A stretch of 61,859 nt of DNA, filler included, from Choristocarpus tenellus KU-1152 (lineage: Eukaryota; Protista; Phaeophyceae), in NCBI GenBank assembly GCA_964200185.2. It is 8 parts of 8 records of this genome, joined end to end, with 100 filler letters (N's around TTAATTAATTAA, not from the genome) between each part and the next. Parts side by side here need not be neighbours in the genome. Positions count along the whole stretch, not along the records: positions 18,092 to 22,749 come from CAXNAD020013591.1; positions 22,850 to 29,996 come from CAXNAD020006617.1; positions 30,097 to 35,997 come from CAXNAD020009461.1; 5 more parts are not named here. One strand, given 5' to 3'. Under the pieces are notes generated by a model. The model saw nothing but the letters and a program-made list of their open reading frames with translations, was not told where the DNA came from and did no database searches. Positions within the stretch are counted from its first letter, which is position 1. Every line of letters begins with the position of its first letter. Below are positions 22,503 to 35,990 of the stretch, piece after piece. Both the position numbers and the translations under genes were made by a program.

Positions 22503-24892
22503 AGCCTCTCCACAGAGCATGGACTTCTTTCGTTGAGTATCTCATGAAAGAACACTGAATTCACATCACATCATACTTGACTGAGAGATCAATGGCCTCA
22601 GTTACAACAGAATAAATATGTCGGTGCTTTGCAGCACAATCACATCTATCCATAACATAGACTAACACATATCACTCATTGGTGCTTTGCAACACCATGA
22701 TTCCTCATCGCTCATAGTCTACGCATTTTGACCCAAAGTATCTGGGAGGNNNNNNNNNNNNNNNNNNNNNNNNNNNNNNNNNNNNNNNNNNNNTTAATTA
22801 ATTAANNNNNNNNNNNNNNNNNNNNNNNNNNNNNNNNNNNNNNNNNNNNCCCCCAGATACTTTGGGTCACGCTGTGTTGTCACCAGCTGGAGGACTCAAA
22901 GCTTTGCGCTTGGTGGGGCTCACGCACCATTTCCACACGCGTTTCATTTTGCTGGAGCCAAAACAGATCCACGACGCCGCAAATGCAATGGAGATAGCCA
23001 CTACAAACGCGACACTTGTGGCATGTATAGTGTGGCGGACCAAGAGTATTACCCTTATGTTGCAACTGGATCCCGCTATGCAGGGGATCGTTATATCTGT
23101 AGAATGTGCAGTCGTCTACACTTGATGTGATATACTGTACATACTGTACTGTACCATACTGAGAGACAAGAGACTGCTATGCTTTGCACTGCTGGTCTTA
23201 AGGCAGCTTTATGCCTTACTTTGTTATATTTTCCCTAACTTTAGACATGGCTTTTTGGAAACCCCTCGTTCAAGTAGTGAAAAAAAAAGGGAGTTTGTTC
23301 GATATAAGAGAGAATTGGCAGGAAAATGTGCCGAAACCTCTCTTGTAGCCTGAAAGGTCGCAACAAGGCAATTCACCCTTCTTATATCCCGCTTTCTCTT
23401 ATATCGACCTCTCTTATATAGGTACACCAACTGTATGTCTACTGATCAGAATATATAGCAAGAAGAGTGAAAGTTTATGAAGTAATCTAAGTTGTGTGGG
23501 CAGAAGAATTTTGGTTGGCTCGGGGCACAGGACAAGGGAGGGTAGTGGAAAGAAAAAGAAGGAATCAAGAAGAGAACGAATAGTTAAGGAATAGGTTTTA
23601 GGAAGTTGGAAGGGGAAGGAATGATCAGTATCTAATAAGAGGGTTGAGAACCAGGGGTACAGGACGAGGAGGGCAAGAACAAGACAACCTCCGAGCACGC
23701 TCTCCTAACCAAACGTATGGCTGAAAGGCGAGAAAACACGTACGAAGGGAACAAGATGACATGGGAGAGATACATGGGACTGATTGAACTAGCTAGGAAG
23801 GGGGAAGCATTATTAGGAGGGTGTGGGAGGGATTTGGGAACACTAGTGGGTAGGTTGGGGGAAAGGTGGAGTCCCAAACGGTTGAACTGGGAGAGAATTG
23901 ATGGCCATTTGGGGAAAAAGGTTGGATTCCCATAGATAGATAAACTCCAACAGGTGGTAGAAAGGGGAGTACCAGTATGTGTAAAAAGGAAAAGGCTGAG
24001 TTGAAAAGAGATTAGAGTATAAAAACCACAAGAGTGCAAGAAGCGAAAGTAAGGCTCTCCTAGAAAAGGTAGTGAGTGACGTGACCCAGGGTAGAGCACT
24101 AGTGTTTCCAACACAGGCATGGGGGAAGATTCCAGGATTGCAGGTGTCCCCAGTTGGAGTAATCCAAGAACCCACGGAGGCAAGCATCATTCATGATCTG
24201 TCGTGTCAGCAAGAGAGTTGGGGTCCTAGTGTGAATGAAGAAATAGCGTTAGCAGATGCCCCCCAGGGAAATTTTGGGATGGTTTTGGAAGACGTGATTA
24301 AGAGGATTGTAGGATTAAGGAATACGTTCCCTAAGGCGAGAATCATGATCAGCAAGATGGATGTTAAAGATGCCTTTCGCCAAGTACCAGTAGAACCACA
24401 AGGGGCAGCAAGGTTTGGATATTGTGTGGGAAATTTGTTGGTCATTGAGATATTAGACTCCAATTTGGCTGGAGGAATAGCCCAGGGTGGTGGGATTTAT
24501 TGGCAAGTGCCCTATAATTCTCACACTGTCATACAGATCCCAAGTCAGCAGTAGTTCTCAAGGAAGCAGAAAGGATTGCCATAGGTGTGACACACTCACA
24601 GCTGAAGGGCAGGAGGGAGGTTAGTGCCATAGACGAGACATGGAATGTACAGGAGGTAGAGAAGGAGGGGGGTAGAGGACCCTTTCTTTGCAAGAATGTA
24701 CGTAGATGATAGCATCTTGGTAGAGAGTCCCAATGGTTCGAGGATGGGCGGAGACTAAAGTTGGCAACAAATTCCTTAGTCTCCGGTCACGTACGTTTGC
24801 TAGGCCAGAGAAAGACAGAAGAGCGCCCCATTTTGTCAGCAAAGAAACTGACAGGTTGGCATACTACACAGGTAGTGGTAGGATGGAGGATA

Positions 24893-25369
24893 GAGTGAAA
24901 GTATCTTGGAGGGTATGAGTTTTGCCCTGTTTGTCCATTTGGGGCTTAGCTTCCCATGTTTTTTTTAATGACATTTTCCTACTCCAAAAATTTTCAGAAG
25001 TACAACGTATACGTTATGAGTGAAAGTATCTTAGAGGGTACGAGTTTTGCCCTGTTTGTCCATTTGGGGCCTGACTTCCCTTGGGGTTTATACGACTTTC
25101 ACCTACTCCAAAATATTTCGGAACAAGGATATTAACACTTCCTAACAAACACAATAGTCAAAATTACATCAAAGTCTCAACATTGGATTTTGACCCCCAA
25201 ATAAACGCAGCTCTACCCTCTAAGATACTTTGGCTCTATGAAAAGGTGTGTCGAGAACATGGATATTGAACTCCCTAACAAACATGAAGACCAAAATTAC
25301 ATCGAAATCGTAACATTGGGTTTTGGCCCCCAAATGTAGACGGACCTGCCCTCTAAGATACTTTAACTC
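24893..25369. mobile_element. MITE-B inserted in the RT of the YR element; contains a second MITE-B
   Basis: TIRs; ATA on both flanks; removal restores GWRIDAEKMT. Confidence 0.9.
25018..25236. mobile_element. MITE-B nested inside MITE-B
   Basis: TIRs; TAT on both flanks; removal restores the consensus CGTTATGAAAAGG seen near 21848. Confidence 0.92.
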
Positions 25370-25552
25370 ATAGATGCAGAAAAAATGACAATCGCATTAC
25401 CAGATGGAAAGCTGAAGGGTTTAAAGTCGTTGTTAGCGGATTGGCCAGAATCGAAGTCGGTAGTCAGGGTGAGGGAGGTATGGGTGCTGTTTGGCAGACT
25501 ATTCTACATGTCGTATATCATGCGCCCAGGGAGAATTTTTCTTTGGCGGCTG

Positions 25553-28297
25553 TGTCGAATGGCCTAGTGTTATCCTTACGTTATCTGTGCTGATCCAAGT
25601 AAATAACATAGCTTATATGTACGTTGATCTTTAGTTTAGTACAATACAAAGTAGTAACGTACACAGCGGTACGTTATGGTGGGTCAATGGGACATTACAA
25701 GTGGTATAGTGGGACAATAGCATCAAGTGCACAATACCCTGCTGACAATTAATAATTCAATGTGTGCTTTACCCTGCGATTCAACTGCTAGCTTCCGGCG
25801 ACGAGCCTTACGTGCGCCAAGCTTCTCAACACGCTTAAGCGCCTAATACGAAAACTCTAGGTAGGGGAGGCGCAGCCGGACTGGTTTTTGAATTAGGTAT
25901 TGCATCACTCATGGCTTCTGATGGGTCTCACGTGGAGTCAGAAGACACTCATCAAAGTGGGTGATATAGATTTCATCTAGAAGGAAGATGTGGATAAAGA
26001 TGAGGTCACCAAGGCCAGCGTTCGAGAGCTACGATACAGCAAGCTGCTCGTTCGCGCTACTTCTCACTCCAACGAGAGGTAGGAGATCGCGGAGAGTCTG
26101 GGAGCGCTCTGACCACGAGGACCATGAAAAAGGTTAGCCGAGGAGGCAATCAAGGTATGACTGGTCATTGTACACACCCTGGGATGACAGGATCCCGTCC
26201 CAGAAGGCTGACCAGGGCAAAAAGAAACATGCACTATGTGCGGACTGGCAAAATACACAGGTCCTAGCACATATAAAGGACTGTGCTACAGCTGCGGGAG
26301 TAGAGGCCACGAGCAAGCTGTTTGCTCTCAGAGGAGGGCAGGACCACCAAAGTCGGTGGGAAATACATATCGCCAGAGGGCGACTCCGCTCAAGTTGGCG
26401 GAAGAACTAGCTGGATCAGAGGAACCGGCTAGGCCAGGGCAGGACCACCAAAGTCGGTGGGAAGTTCATATCGCCAGAGGGCGAATCCGCCAAAGTCGGC
26501 GGAAGTTCGTGGCTGGATCAGAGGAACCGACTAGGACAGGAAGGAAGTTTAAAGATAATGTTAGTCGCTGTGACTCATAATGGCAAGGTAAGATTGAATG
26601 CTTTCGAAACGTGGAGTTTTTATTCGGGTGCTTCCAACAGTGTAACGAAAGACTCGTAGTACATGTATGACTTCGCCCCATGTCCACAAGACCACAACAT
26701 GACCGTGGCTGGCACATCACTACCCATTATGGGGTATGGCAAGATTGATTTAAAAATCAATGTTGGCCGTGATGAGTGGGTGCATGTAATTCTGACGTCT
26801 GTTGCACATGTCCCGAAAGTAGCTTTCAATCTTCTCTCTTCACATTCTGCTGGTAGGGCTAAGGAAGTGAATATTAAATTGATTGGTGATGCATATCATC
26901 TCTGTGATGGAGAGGGTTTTCCGCTCGTTTTTAATGGAAAGGTTACCAGCCCCAGAAGAAACACCTTTGACCACAACTGTCTCTTCAACACCCATGCACA
27001 TCACTGTTTTTCATCGCATCCTCAACCACGCTGGTGAGAAAATATATTCGACATGACCCAGTGGGTCAATGGCAGAGTGAGGAATTCCAAGACTTGGTTA
27101 TGGGAATAGGTGCGGTACAGGAAATGACCAGGACAGGGGAACCCCAGTATAATGGTGTGGTCGAACGACGCATCGCCCAAGTGGATAGTGGTGCCAGGGC
27201 CAGCATTTATTCTGCAGGATTGGAGGACAAAATGTGGTTATGGGGAGAGATATACAACCATTCAGCTTACATCCTCAACAGGGGTGCAACTGTTGCCAAT
27301 AAGGGGACTACCCCTTATAGAACTTTGTATGGGGAAATTGGAACCCTAGTGAGCATCCCAGCTTTTGGTACCCCTGGATACTACAAGTCTAGTTCTGGAC
27401 ATAAGCTTGGGAGTCGTGGACAACAGTGTATCATGGTTGGTATATCTGAAAATCAACCCCGTGGCACTTTCCGCGTCCTAGACTTCACTACAAATCGTGT
27501 CATTCAACGAGCAAACATACATTGGCACCCAACCAAGGATGGCAGAGTCCGTTTTCCAATCTCTGATTTAGACCAGGATCACGATGATTTGGATGACACT
27601 CCTGGATACATCCTTCCTCCCCATGCACGCCGAAGGACTACTGAAGATTTAGATGACACTCCAGGATATATCCTCCCTCCACATGCAAGAAGACGGACTG
27701 GAGAAATCCAGGAGATGGGGGGTGAATGTAATGATGATGGAATCACCTGTATTGAAGATGGACTAAGTGATGGTGATAAATCTGATGACACCTGGGATAG
27801 TGATGAACTTGTGGAGGAGAATGAGGACAATATTGATGGTGACAACGAGGTGAAGGAGACTGAGGATAGCAATGATGCTGATGATAATGGATTGGATGAG
27901 GCCAAGGACAGCCAATGTGAAAGGGAATTACGACGACTCAGCATTGGCAATGGTGAAGACAACATCCTTGCCCACCGCACCAGATCAGGCAATCATCCTA
28001 TCCTCAGTCTCCTTCACCTCGTTGTCACCATCAATATTGTCCTCATTCTCCTCCACGAGTTCATCACTATCCCAGGTGTCATCAGATTTATCACCATGAC
28101 TTAGTCCACCTTCAATACAGGTGATTCCATCATCATTACATTCACCCCCATCTCCTGGATTTCTCCAGTCCGTCTTCTTGCATGTGGAGGGAAGATGTAT
28201 CCTGGAGTGTCATCCAAATCTTCAGTAGTCCTTCGGCGTGCATGGGGAGGAAGGATGTATCCAGGAGTGTCCCTTACGTGCGCCAAGCTTCTCAACA
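25553..28297 (+). mobile_element. Internally deleted Ty1/Copia element (5' LTR 25553-25831; gag knuckle, protease, integrase; only 26 nt of the 3' LTR)
   Basis: TGTCGA...TCAACA ends; GGCTG TSD; CYSCGSRGHEQAVC; FYSGAS; PQYNGVVERR, WGE, GHKLGSRG, HRTRS; 28272-28297 is identical to the end of the 5' LTR. Confidence 0.88.
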
Positions 28298-29921
28298 GGC
28301 TGGTACAACTGTCCGGGTTGCACCAAAGGGGGGTTGGTTGAGAAGGATAGCGAGTGGGGGGGGGCAGGGCGAACAGAGGAAAGGTTCCAAAGAAGGAGAT
28401 AGGGAGATTAGGTTAGGTATAGAGTTTAAGGGGGACTTGTATTGGTGGAGGTGGGTGGTAGAACATGGACTGGCAGAGGAAGGATAAAACCTGAGTTCCC
28501 CATTCTTGGAATTTGTGTCGAGACCCTCAAGGACGATATGGTATTCAGATGCGTGTTTTTCAGCATTAGGAGGGTACAATGTAGAGACGGGTAAGTGGCG
28601 GAGGTATGATTTTCCAGAACACTTGAAGAACGACATTACACGTAGTGCGATCAAAGGAGAGAAAGGGAATATATCAATTAATGTCTTAGAGTCTTAGAGT
28701 TACTAGAGATGGTAATGAATGCATGGATACTGATTATGAAGGTGAAGGGGAAGGCAGAGAAGAAGGGAGACCCAGTGTTGCTAAGAGGGGACAACTACTC
28801 TGCAGTGTACTGGTTCCGTAAGTGTGGGGGGGCAAAGTATAGGAGGGCAGGGGGATTAATGAGATTAATGGGGATGTTGGATATAGCAGGGGAATGGTCA
28901 TTTACGGTGGAACACGTTGCAGGGAAGCAGAATGACTTAGTAGTGGTATATCAAGGTGGAAGAGGAACTAGATTCAATCTAACCTTCAACATGCTTGCTC
29001 ACGTGTTGATTGGCAAGAACAGCCCCCGGGTCGGGAAGGGAAGATGGTGTATTGTATGAGATGAGCATTGTACGCCAGAGGATCGGTTGCGCCATCTACT
29101 CAGAAGCGTTAAGAGGCAGCTTGGGACCAATGGTCTGAGTTCCGTACATATAGAGGATTGAGTAGGTGGTTAGACCCCAGGAGTCGAGAGATAGATGTAG
29201 TGAAGGCCCTTGCAGAGTTCATGTATTTTTGCTGCGGGAGTAGGAGAAACCAAGTAACCACAGTTAAAGGTGAAGTAGCAGTAATCCAATACTACCACAA
29301 ACACTTCCTAAACTTCAAACTTCCCACGCAACATTTTATGATCCACTCGGTACTCAAAGGAATAGGGAGGAGCCATACAAAAGTAGGGAGCGAGCCCAGG
29401 AAGAGGAGACCCCTTAACATGGAGAATGATTGTAGAGACAAAGCAATGCACTGAAATGTTAGGTAGAGAAGGTAAATCGACAAGGCTAGGATTGGGTTTC
29501 TCGTTCTTCTTTCTAGCCAGAGCATCGGAGTTGTGGGCCTATGATGAAGGGGGGGAGGAGTACATGGAGATGTCGCAGTAAGAAGGAGGGATGTCGTCTG
29601 GAGGAGAGGAGTGGAAAGAATAAGGTGGGAGGATAGACACCAGGCAGAAAAAGTAGAGGTAACGTTTACAGAGTCGAAAGGGGACCAGGGTAGGAAGGGA
29701 GAGGTTTTGACAAGGTTCAAGGTGGAGAACAAAGAGAGGGAAGAAAGTATGGGAGGTTGGGAGGTGGTAATGACTATCATGGAATGTTTCCCAGAACTCT
29801 CCCCTGACGCCCCACTGATGAACATGTAGGCAAGGAGAGGAATGGAGGGTGATCCCGAGGGGCCAAGTGACATGTGTCCTGAGGAGAATGGCAAAGGAAC
29901 TTAAGTTAAGACCAGAGGAGT

Positions 29922-29996
29922 GGCCCAAAGTATCTGGGAGGGGGTGGCAGCGGTCCATTTGGGGTCAATTTTTTCATGTCACGATTTTATGGTGAT
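29922..29996. mobile_element. Partial MITE-A truncating the YR ORF at contig end
   Basis: GGCCCAAAGTATCTGGGAGGGGGTGGCAGCGGTCCATTTGGGG. Confidence 0.8.
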
Positions 29997-30150
29997 NNNN
30001 NNNNNNNNNNNNNNNNNNNNNNNNNNNNNNNNNNNNNNNNTTAATTAATTAANNNNNNNNNNNNNNNNNNNNNNNNNNNNNNNNNNNNNNNNNNNNCTCC
30101 AAATAATGCCAACACCATAATTACAAACTCCCCCCCCCCCTCTATCATAC

Positions 30151-30360
30151 CGTGTCTGTCCCATCAGCCCAAACCCATGACGATCCAAATAGATCTAGTG
30201 GTATGGAGAAGAAATCGTTGTAGACGAGTCCAGCGTAAACACTGAACAGTCCCATCATGGCTATCATATAGCGTCCAAGGTACCTTTTAAAAAAGGAAAT
30301 TTAAATCCAGAGTTAATAAAAAGAAGAGAGAAATAACCACAATAAGGACATGGAACAGAG

Positions 30361-30417
<57 letters not shown>

Positions 30418-33400
30418 GGGGGGGGGNNNNNNNNNNAAAAAAAAGAAAAAACAGAAAAACAAAATGGGGAAAACGACGAGAAATAAGAGAGAGAGGGAGA
30501 GAAAGTGGGGGGGGGGGGGGGGATAAAAAATAGTCAACAGACAAATCAGTGGACAAGGAAACGATATTTAAAGGGCATGACAGGTGGGGGTACGGACAGG
30601 ACAAAGAAGTTGGTTGCATTCAGCTATATTGGTGACCAGTAGGGTTATTCCTCCGTTGACCTCCCCTCCCACATGTTAAGGCCAACAACAGGTTACTACT
30701 TTACTACCACTCAGTGTAATACAGAACAGACAAAAGAATATAACAAGTATTTGCAATTGGAAGGCGTGTCTCGCAACTCTTCAATGTGATGATGCCAACA
30801 CATGAGTCTTATTATTTTTTAAATGAGAGTTTTTTTTACACTTCTATTATTATCATTATTATTATTATCTTTTAAATGTCATCAAAAGGAGAATATTTCT
30901 CATCACCACCACTTCAGTTCACTTACACATTACATTTCTCATTCACCTTCAATTTTTTTGAAGAATAAAATCAAACACATCTTTTTTTAAGAATAAAATA
31001 CAGGGTGTAACAGACAGCACCACGAAGACGGCGATACCCCCAAAAAATAGAAGTTAAATATTAACAATATTATATATATTTTATTCGTGCACAAATCTGT
31101 CCAATTTAATTTTTTTATGTAACAAACCAGTACTCTGTCCAAGACCCCGTAAAGAAAAACATACCGCTTTTCAACAAATGTTGGACATTAAAAAATAAAA
31201 AACAGAACTAAAGTATGTATGTTTTTGTCAAAGTAAAATATAAAAAGAAATTTCTTTGAAGGACAAAATGTATCCTCAACCTCTCCTCAACAAACGCCCA
31301 CAAACCCACCCTCCCTGCCCACAAGGCACAAAAGTTCTAGAATACAACCATAACCTACACAAGTACCATACATAACTACAGAAAAATAATATATATATAT
31401 ATTTTTTTTTTTTATTGGAAGCATGATCCACAATCACCGGAAAATTACAGATTTTTCTGTGTAAAGTTTAAAAATTAAGAAAAAAAGTTTTTCTAGTTCA
31501 GATATATAAGGTTGAAAACATCAAATAAAGTAATAAAAAATCTCATCGCACACAAAGTCCAATTCAAATAAAGTCACCAAGAACCCACACTCTTGGAATT
31601 GGAAGGAAACAAGTACACGGTATGAACATAGAGATACAATAATAATAATAATAAAAATAGAGATACAACAATAATAATAATAAAAATAGAGATACAACAA
31701 TAATAATAATAATAATAATAGAGATACAACAATAATAATAATAATAAAAATAGAGATACAACAATAATAATAATAATAAAAATAGAGATACAACAAAAAA
31801 TAATAATAATAATAATAATAGAGATACAACAATAATAATAATAAAAATAGAGATACAATAATAATAATAATAGAGATACAACAATAATAATAATAAGAGA
31901 TACAACAATAAAAATAAAATAGAGATACAACAACAATAATAATAATAATAGAGATACAACAATAATAATAATAATAATAGAGATAAAACAATAATAATAA
32001 AAATAGAGATACAATAATAATAATAATAGAGAAAAAACAATAATAATAAAAATAAAAATAGAGATACAACAATAATAAAAAAATAGAGATACAAAAATAA
32101 TAATAATAATAGAGATACAACAATAATAATAAAAATAGAGATACAACAAACAACAATAAAAATAACCATTCCTCAACATACACACAACACACCATACACC
32201 ACGCATTAAAAAACACGAAGTCTATAAAAAATAAAGATAAGAGTATATATTAAAAAAAGAGATCTCACTTGCGTCTCTTTTTTATTAATGTTCTGCAGTA
32301 GATCCTATCGGACCATACACTAAAATAATATAAAAATTCAATAAAAAAAAGATGCATTGCAACCAACCCATCCTCCACAATCAACTATCAACACACACAT
32401 TAAAATAAAAAACAAGTAGATGTACACAGATACACATACATACACATATATATATGTACACTTACAATCCTCCAACAAGCTCGCCGAGGTCCCTCCTACC
32501 AGCCACAGTATGAGCTGAGAATACAAGGAACAGCCCAAACATGAAAATGATGGTGCCATGACCGATGTCACCATACATGATGCCATATAGGAAGGGGAAT
32601 GTCGCAGCAGTGAAGAGGGCCGGGTTGGCCTCCTTGTAACGAGGAACGCCGTAAGTATCTACAAACTCCTGTGTGGACAGAGAGGCAACAATAAACACAT
32701 CATCAGCGCACCATGTATGTATAAATATAAATATAAATATAACTGTATATATATATATATTTCGAAATGCATCAAATAATAATAATTTGTACATAAAAAT
32801 AGTCTTTTACATCTCATGTACCCAAATACACACATCAAAATGCATTAATCGTATGTATCTTTAATACACGTTTATACTAGGTGTCAGTTACCATAGCAAT
32901 AATAATAATAATAATAACCATTACTGTGAAAGCTGTACAACAGAACAAAAATAAAAAAGGAACGTGATCACATCAACATCCTTCAAGTCCATCTTCATTT
33001 TCCACACACGTATATTGATATATACATACATACATACATACATAAATACAAATAAATAAATACATACATACATATATATTTTTTAAACACAATAGTATCA
33101 ACAGACGCATCAAACTCCACTGTTCATCCTTCATATACGTACACATACACAATTTCGAAATGTGATCTCATCAACAAGATATCTCTTTTCACCATCACTC
33201 ATCATGACCTAGCATACACCAAGAGTATTTTGAACACAATCCAATCAACACAGACAACGTTTTCAAAAACTGTTCTTATACCCGTGTCTAGTATCATTTA
33301 TACAGTAGAACATGACCCTACACTGTTGAAAGTATGTTATGTTATGTTGTGGTATGGTAAGGCATGGCATAGTATGGTACAGTACTTTCTGTTCTGTTCT

Positions 33401-34854
33401 GTTATGTTATGTCATGTCATGTCATGTCACATTCAAATTTTCATTCTCGACGTCCTAGGTCTACCCCTCTCACAGCTAACCTGAGACACTGCATAGTTTA
33501 TACCCTACCCAAACAACCAATCAATACTGCCAAAATAACACCAACTTACATTTTTTTAATTTAAAAAAAACAGGGAACATCACTACACACAAATAAGCAA
33601 CAGAAAAACAAAAAAGGAGAGTGTTGCGTGCACATGCACATACATCACATCACGTATAGATACTTGAGACACAACAAGCATTTGAAAGTCAATAGATGTG
33701 TACACAACAAGCAGCATTCAAATAATCAAGCATATACAAAACCTACTTCAACTAACAAAAAAATACTACAGAAGCAACTGTGCTGCATCAATAGGATGGG
33801 GGACTTGGGGGAGGGGGGGGTAGGAGGGAAATGAAATGAATAATTACAACTCTGAAGATGTCTCTCTCTCTCTCTCTCTCACGTCATGTTGATCAAGCTC
33901 TTCGCCTCCATCAAAAGGCCAAATCACCTCCCAACTACCCTAACCCTCAACACCCAACAAAACACAATGAATTTTTTTTTAAGACACCACCAAAAAAGAC
34001 ACAAAACCCCTACCCACCAAACCCTCGCCACCGGGTTTCAACATCACCTGGAAGGCCACAGTGAAGGCATTCAGCTTGAAGAATGTAGGGGGCGTGGGCC
34101 AAGGCTTGGGCATGACCTCAACCATGGAAGGCATTCCCATGTCCATATCCGCATGGGCCTTGTTCACAGCCCCCTGGACCCTATCAAGCCCCTCTGTGAC
34201 CACCCAGCCCTCTCCACGGAGAATGCCACGAACGTCAGGCCTTATTTTTTTGGAAGCAGCAAACACCAATAGTGGATGATAACATTTAGACCATTAGCCA
34301 ATGAGAAGGGGGGAATGTCACGGAGACAAAAATGAGATGAAAAGAGAGGCAACGTTGGGGGTAATATATGGTAACAATAACAATAATTCTACAGTACAAA
34401 ATTGAAAAAAGAAGTGGAAACGACAACAGATACGCTGAAGTATGTAAAAAATGGGAAGGCGTGTGCATCCAACCATGGAACACCGAAGTATCCAATTCTG
34501 GGTGGGATGTGGGTGAACCATCACTAGTCACATTGTTGGAATTACTGCCTCTACTGAAACAGAACGAACCCCACCTTCACAATAATAAATAAAAAAACTG
34601 TTATTAACAATGAGGAAAGACAACTAACTAGCTCAGTACTTACCGGAACACTTAGTGCTGAATAATTTTTAAATTATTATCATATTTATACTGAAGAAAA
34701 AAATAGATGTACGACGTCAACAACACAATGAGAAATTACACACACACACATATATATAATCAGTTTATTGTAAAAGCATAGCAATAAACAGTATAATGCT
34801 AAAATGTATGGCAATCTCTAACCCTAACCCTCTGGTCCCCCACCCGTCCGTACT

Positions 34855-34885
<31 letters not shown>

Positions 34886-35831
34886 GTCTCTCACTTGAAG
34901 GTGTTGAGAGTATGATAGGCTGATTTCTCCCTGAGCACTGTCCAAGTCCACCCTTCTAGTTTCTCTGCCGCCTTCACACACAGACTCAACCTCAAATCAC
35001 GGTTCTGATCTCCGAGTAGTTGAACGATAGGAGTTCCAATAGAAGATTAAAAGGCGGTAATGGCATAAATGTAAGCGTTTTTTAGGGATAGGATCGAGAG
35101 GTGGGGAAGCAGGGGAGGGGGGGGGGGAATAAAGCATTTAACATATTAATAAAATAAAAAGGCATGTCTCTTGAACTAACAGCACAGTCAAATGTATACA
35201 AAGTTATTATTATTATTATTATTATTATTTGCAAAAAATGTGCGTACACTCAATACAACAATGGCACTATCAATATCTCTGACATCTAAAATCACCTCTA
35301 TAAAAATAATAAAATCATGTATATATAGTTATGAACACCATTTACAACACTATCATTATCAGCTAGTTCCAATTCACTGCATGTACACTGAGTACAACAA
35401 TGAACACACAAACCCTAACCCTAAACAGGATCAGTCAGGCACACGCACCATATATACAAACATCGTTAACAAAAATGTGTATAATTTGTATAACCTAGAG
35501 GCATGAAAACCAAATACACAAACACACATACTATCACACACTAAGAACATACAATAAACATAAATCCAGATGTGCATATATATATCTGTGTGTATGTACA
35601 TCCAAGATGAAAAAGCATTCAGAAAACTTTCATCCACCTTGAAGGCCAACACCAGCCCAGTCCAACAAAACCCCCCACCTTGAGAAGAACAACACGGGCA
35701 TCGTTCATGTCAGAATAGTTTTCGTTCATTAGCCTCCCCACAGCAGCCGTATCTTCCATGTCCGGTAGGGGGTACCGACTAGCCCTGAAAGCCTCACAGA
35801 TCTTGTTGATCTTGCTCTCAATAGCAGAAGA
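30151..35831 (-). CDS. V-type H+-ATPase V0 subunit a, partial; exons 35831-35679, 35004-34895, 34240-34048, 32668-32466, 30283-30151
   Basis: GT-AG exons splice in frame: [93 protein letters not shown]. Confidence 0.95.
31629..32160. repeat. Intronic compound satellite AGAGATACAAC(AAT)n
   Basis: About 20 units of AGAGATACA separated by variable AAT runs. Confidence 0.95.
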
Positions 35832-35948
35832 CTAACATCGCATGACATCATCGCCGTCATCACGAGCACAAAACAATATATATATACATATATACATGCA
35901 TAAAAACAAAAAAGGGGGGGGGAGGGGGGAAACTTAAAAAAAAAAAAG

Positions 35949-35990
<42 letters not shown>

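Larger units (their letters stand above)
23440..29921 (+). mobile_element. Decayed tyrosine-recombinase retrotransposon (DIRS/Ngaro-like): RT, RNase H, YR
   Basis: RT IHDLS, KMDVKDAFRQVPV, MYVDD (~24697), GWRI/DAEKMTIALP; RNase H WYSDAC, SINVLE, LRGDNYSA, HVAGKQN; YR-like SKGDQGRKG near 29673. Confidence 0.85.

Noticed and set aside
31521-32216. Three 200-230 aa minus-strand ORFs rich in Y, I, L and C
   Set aside because: Translations of the intronic (AAT)n satellite.
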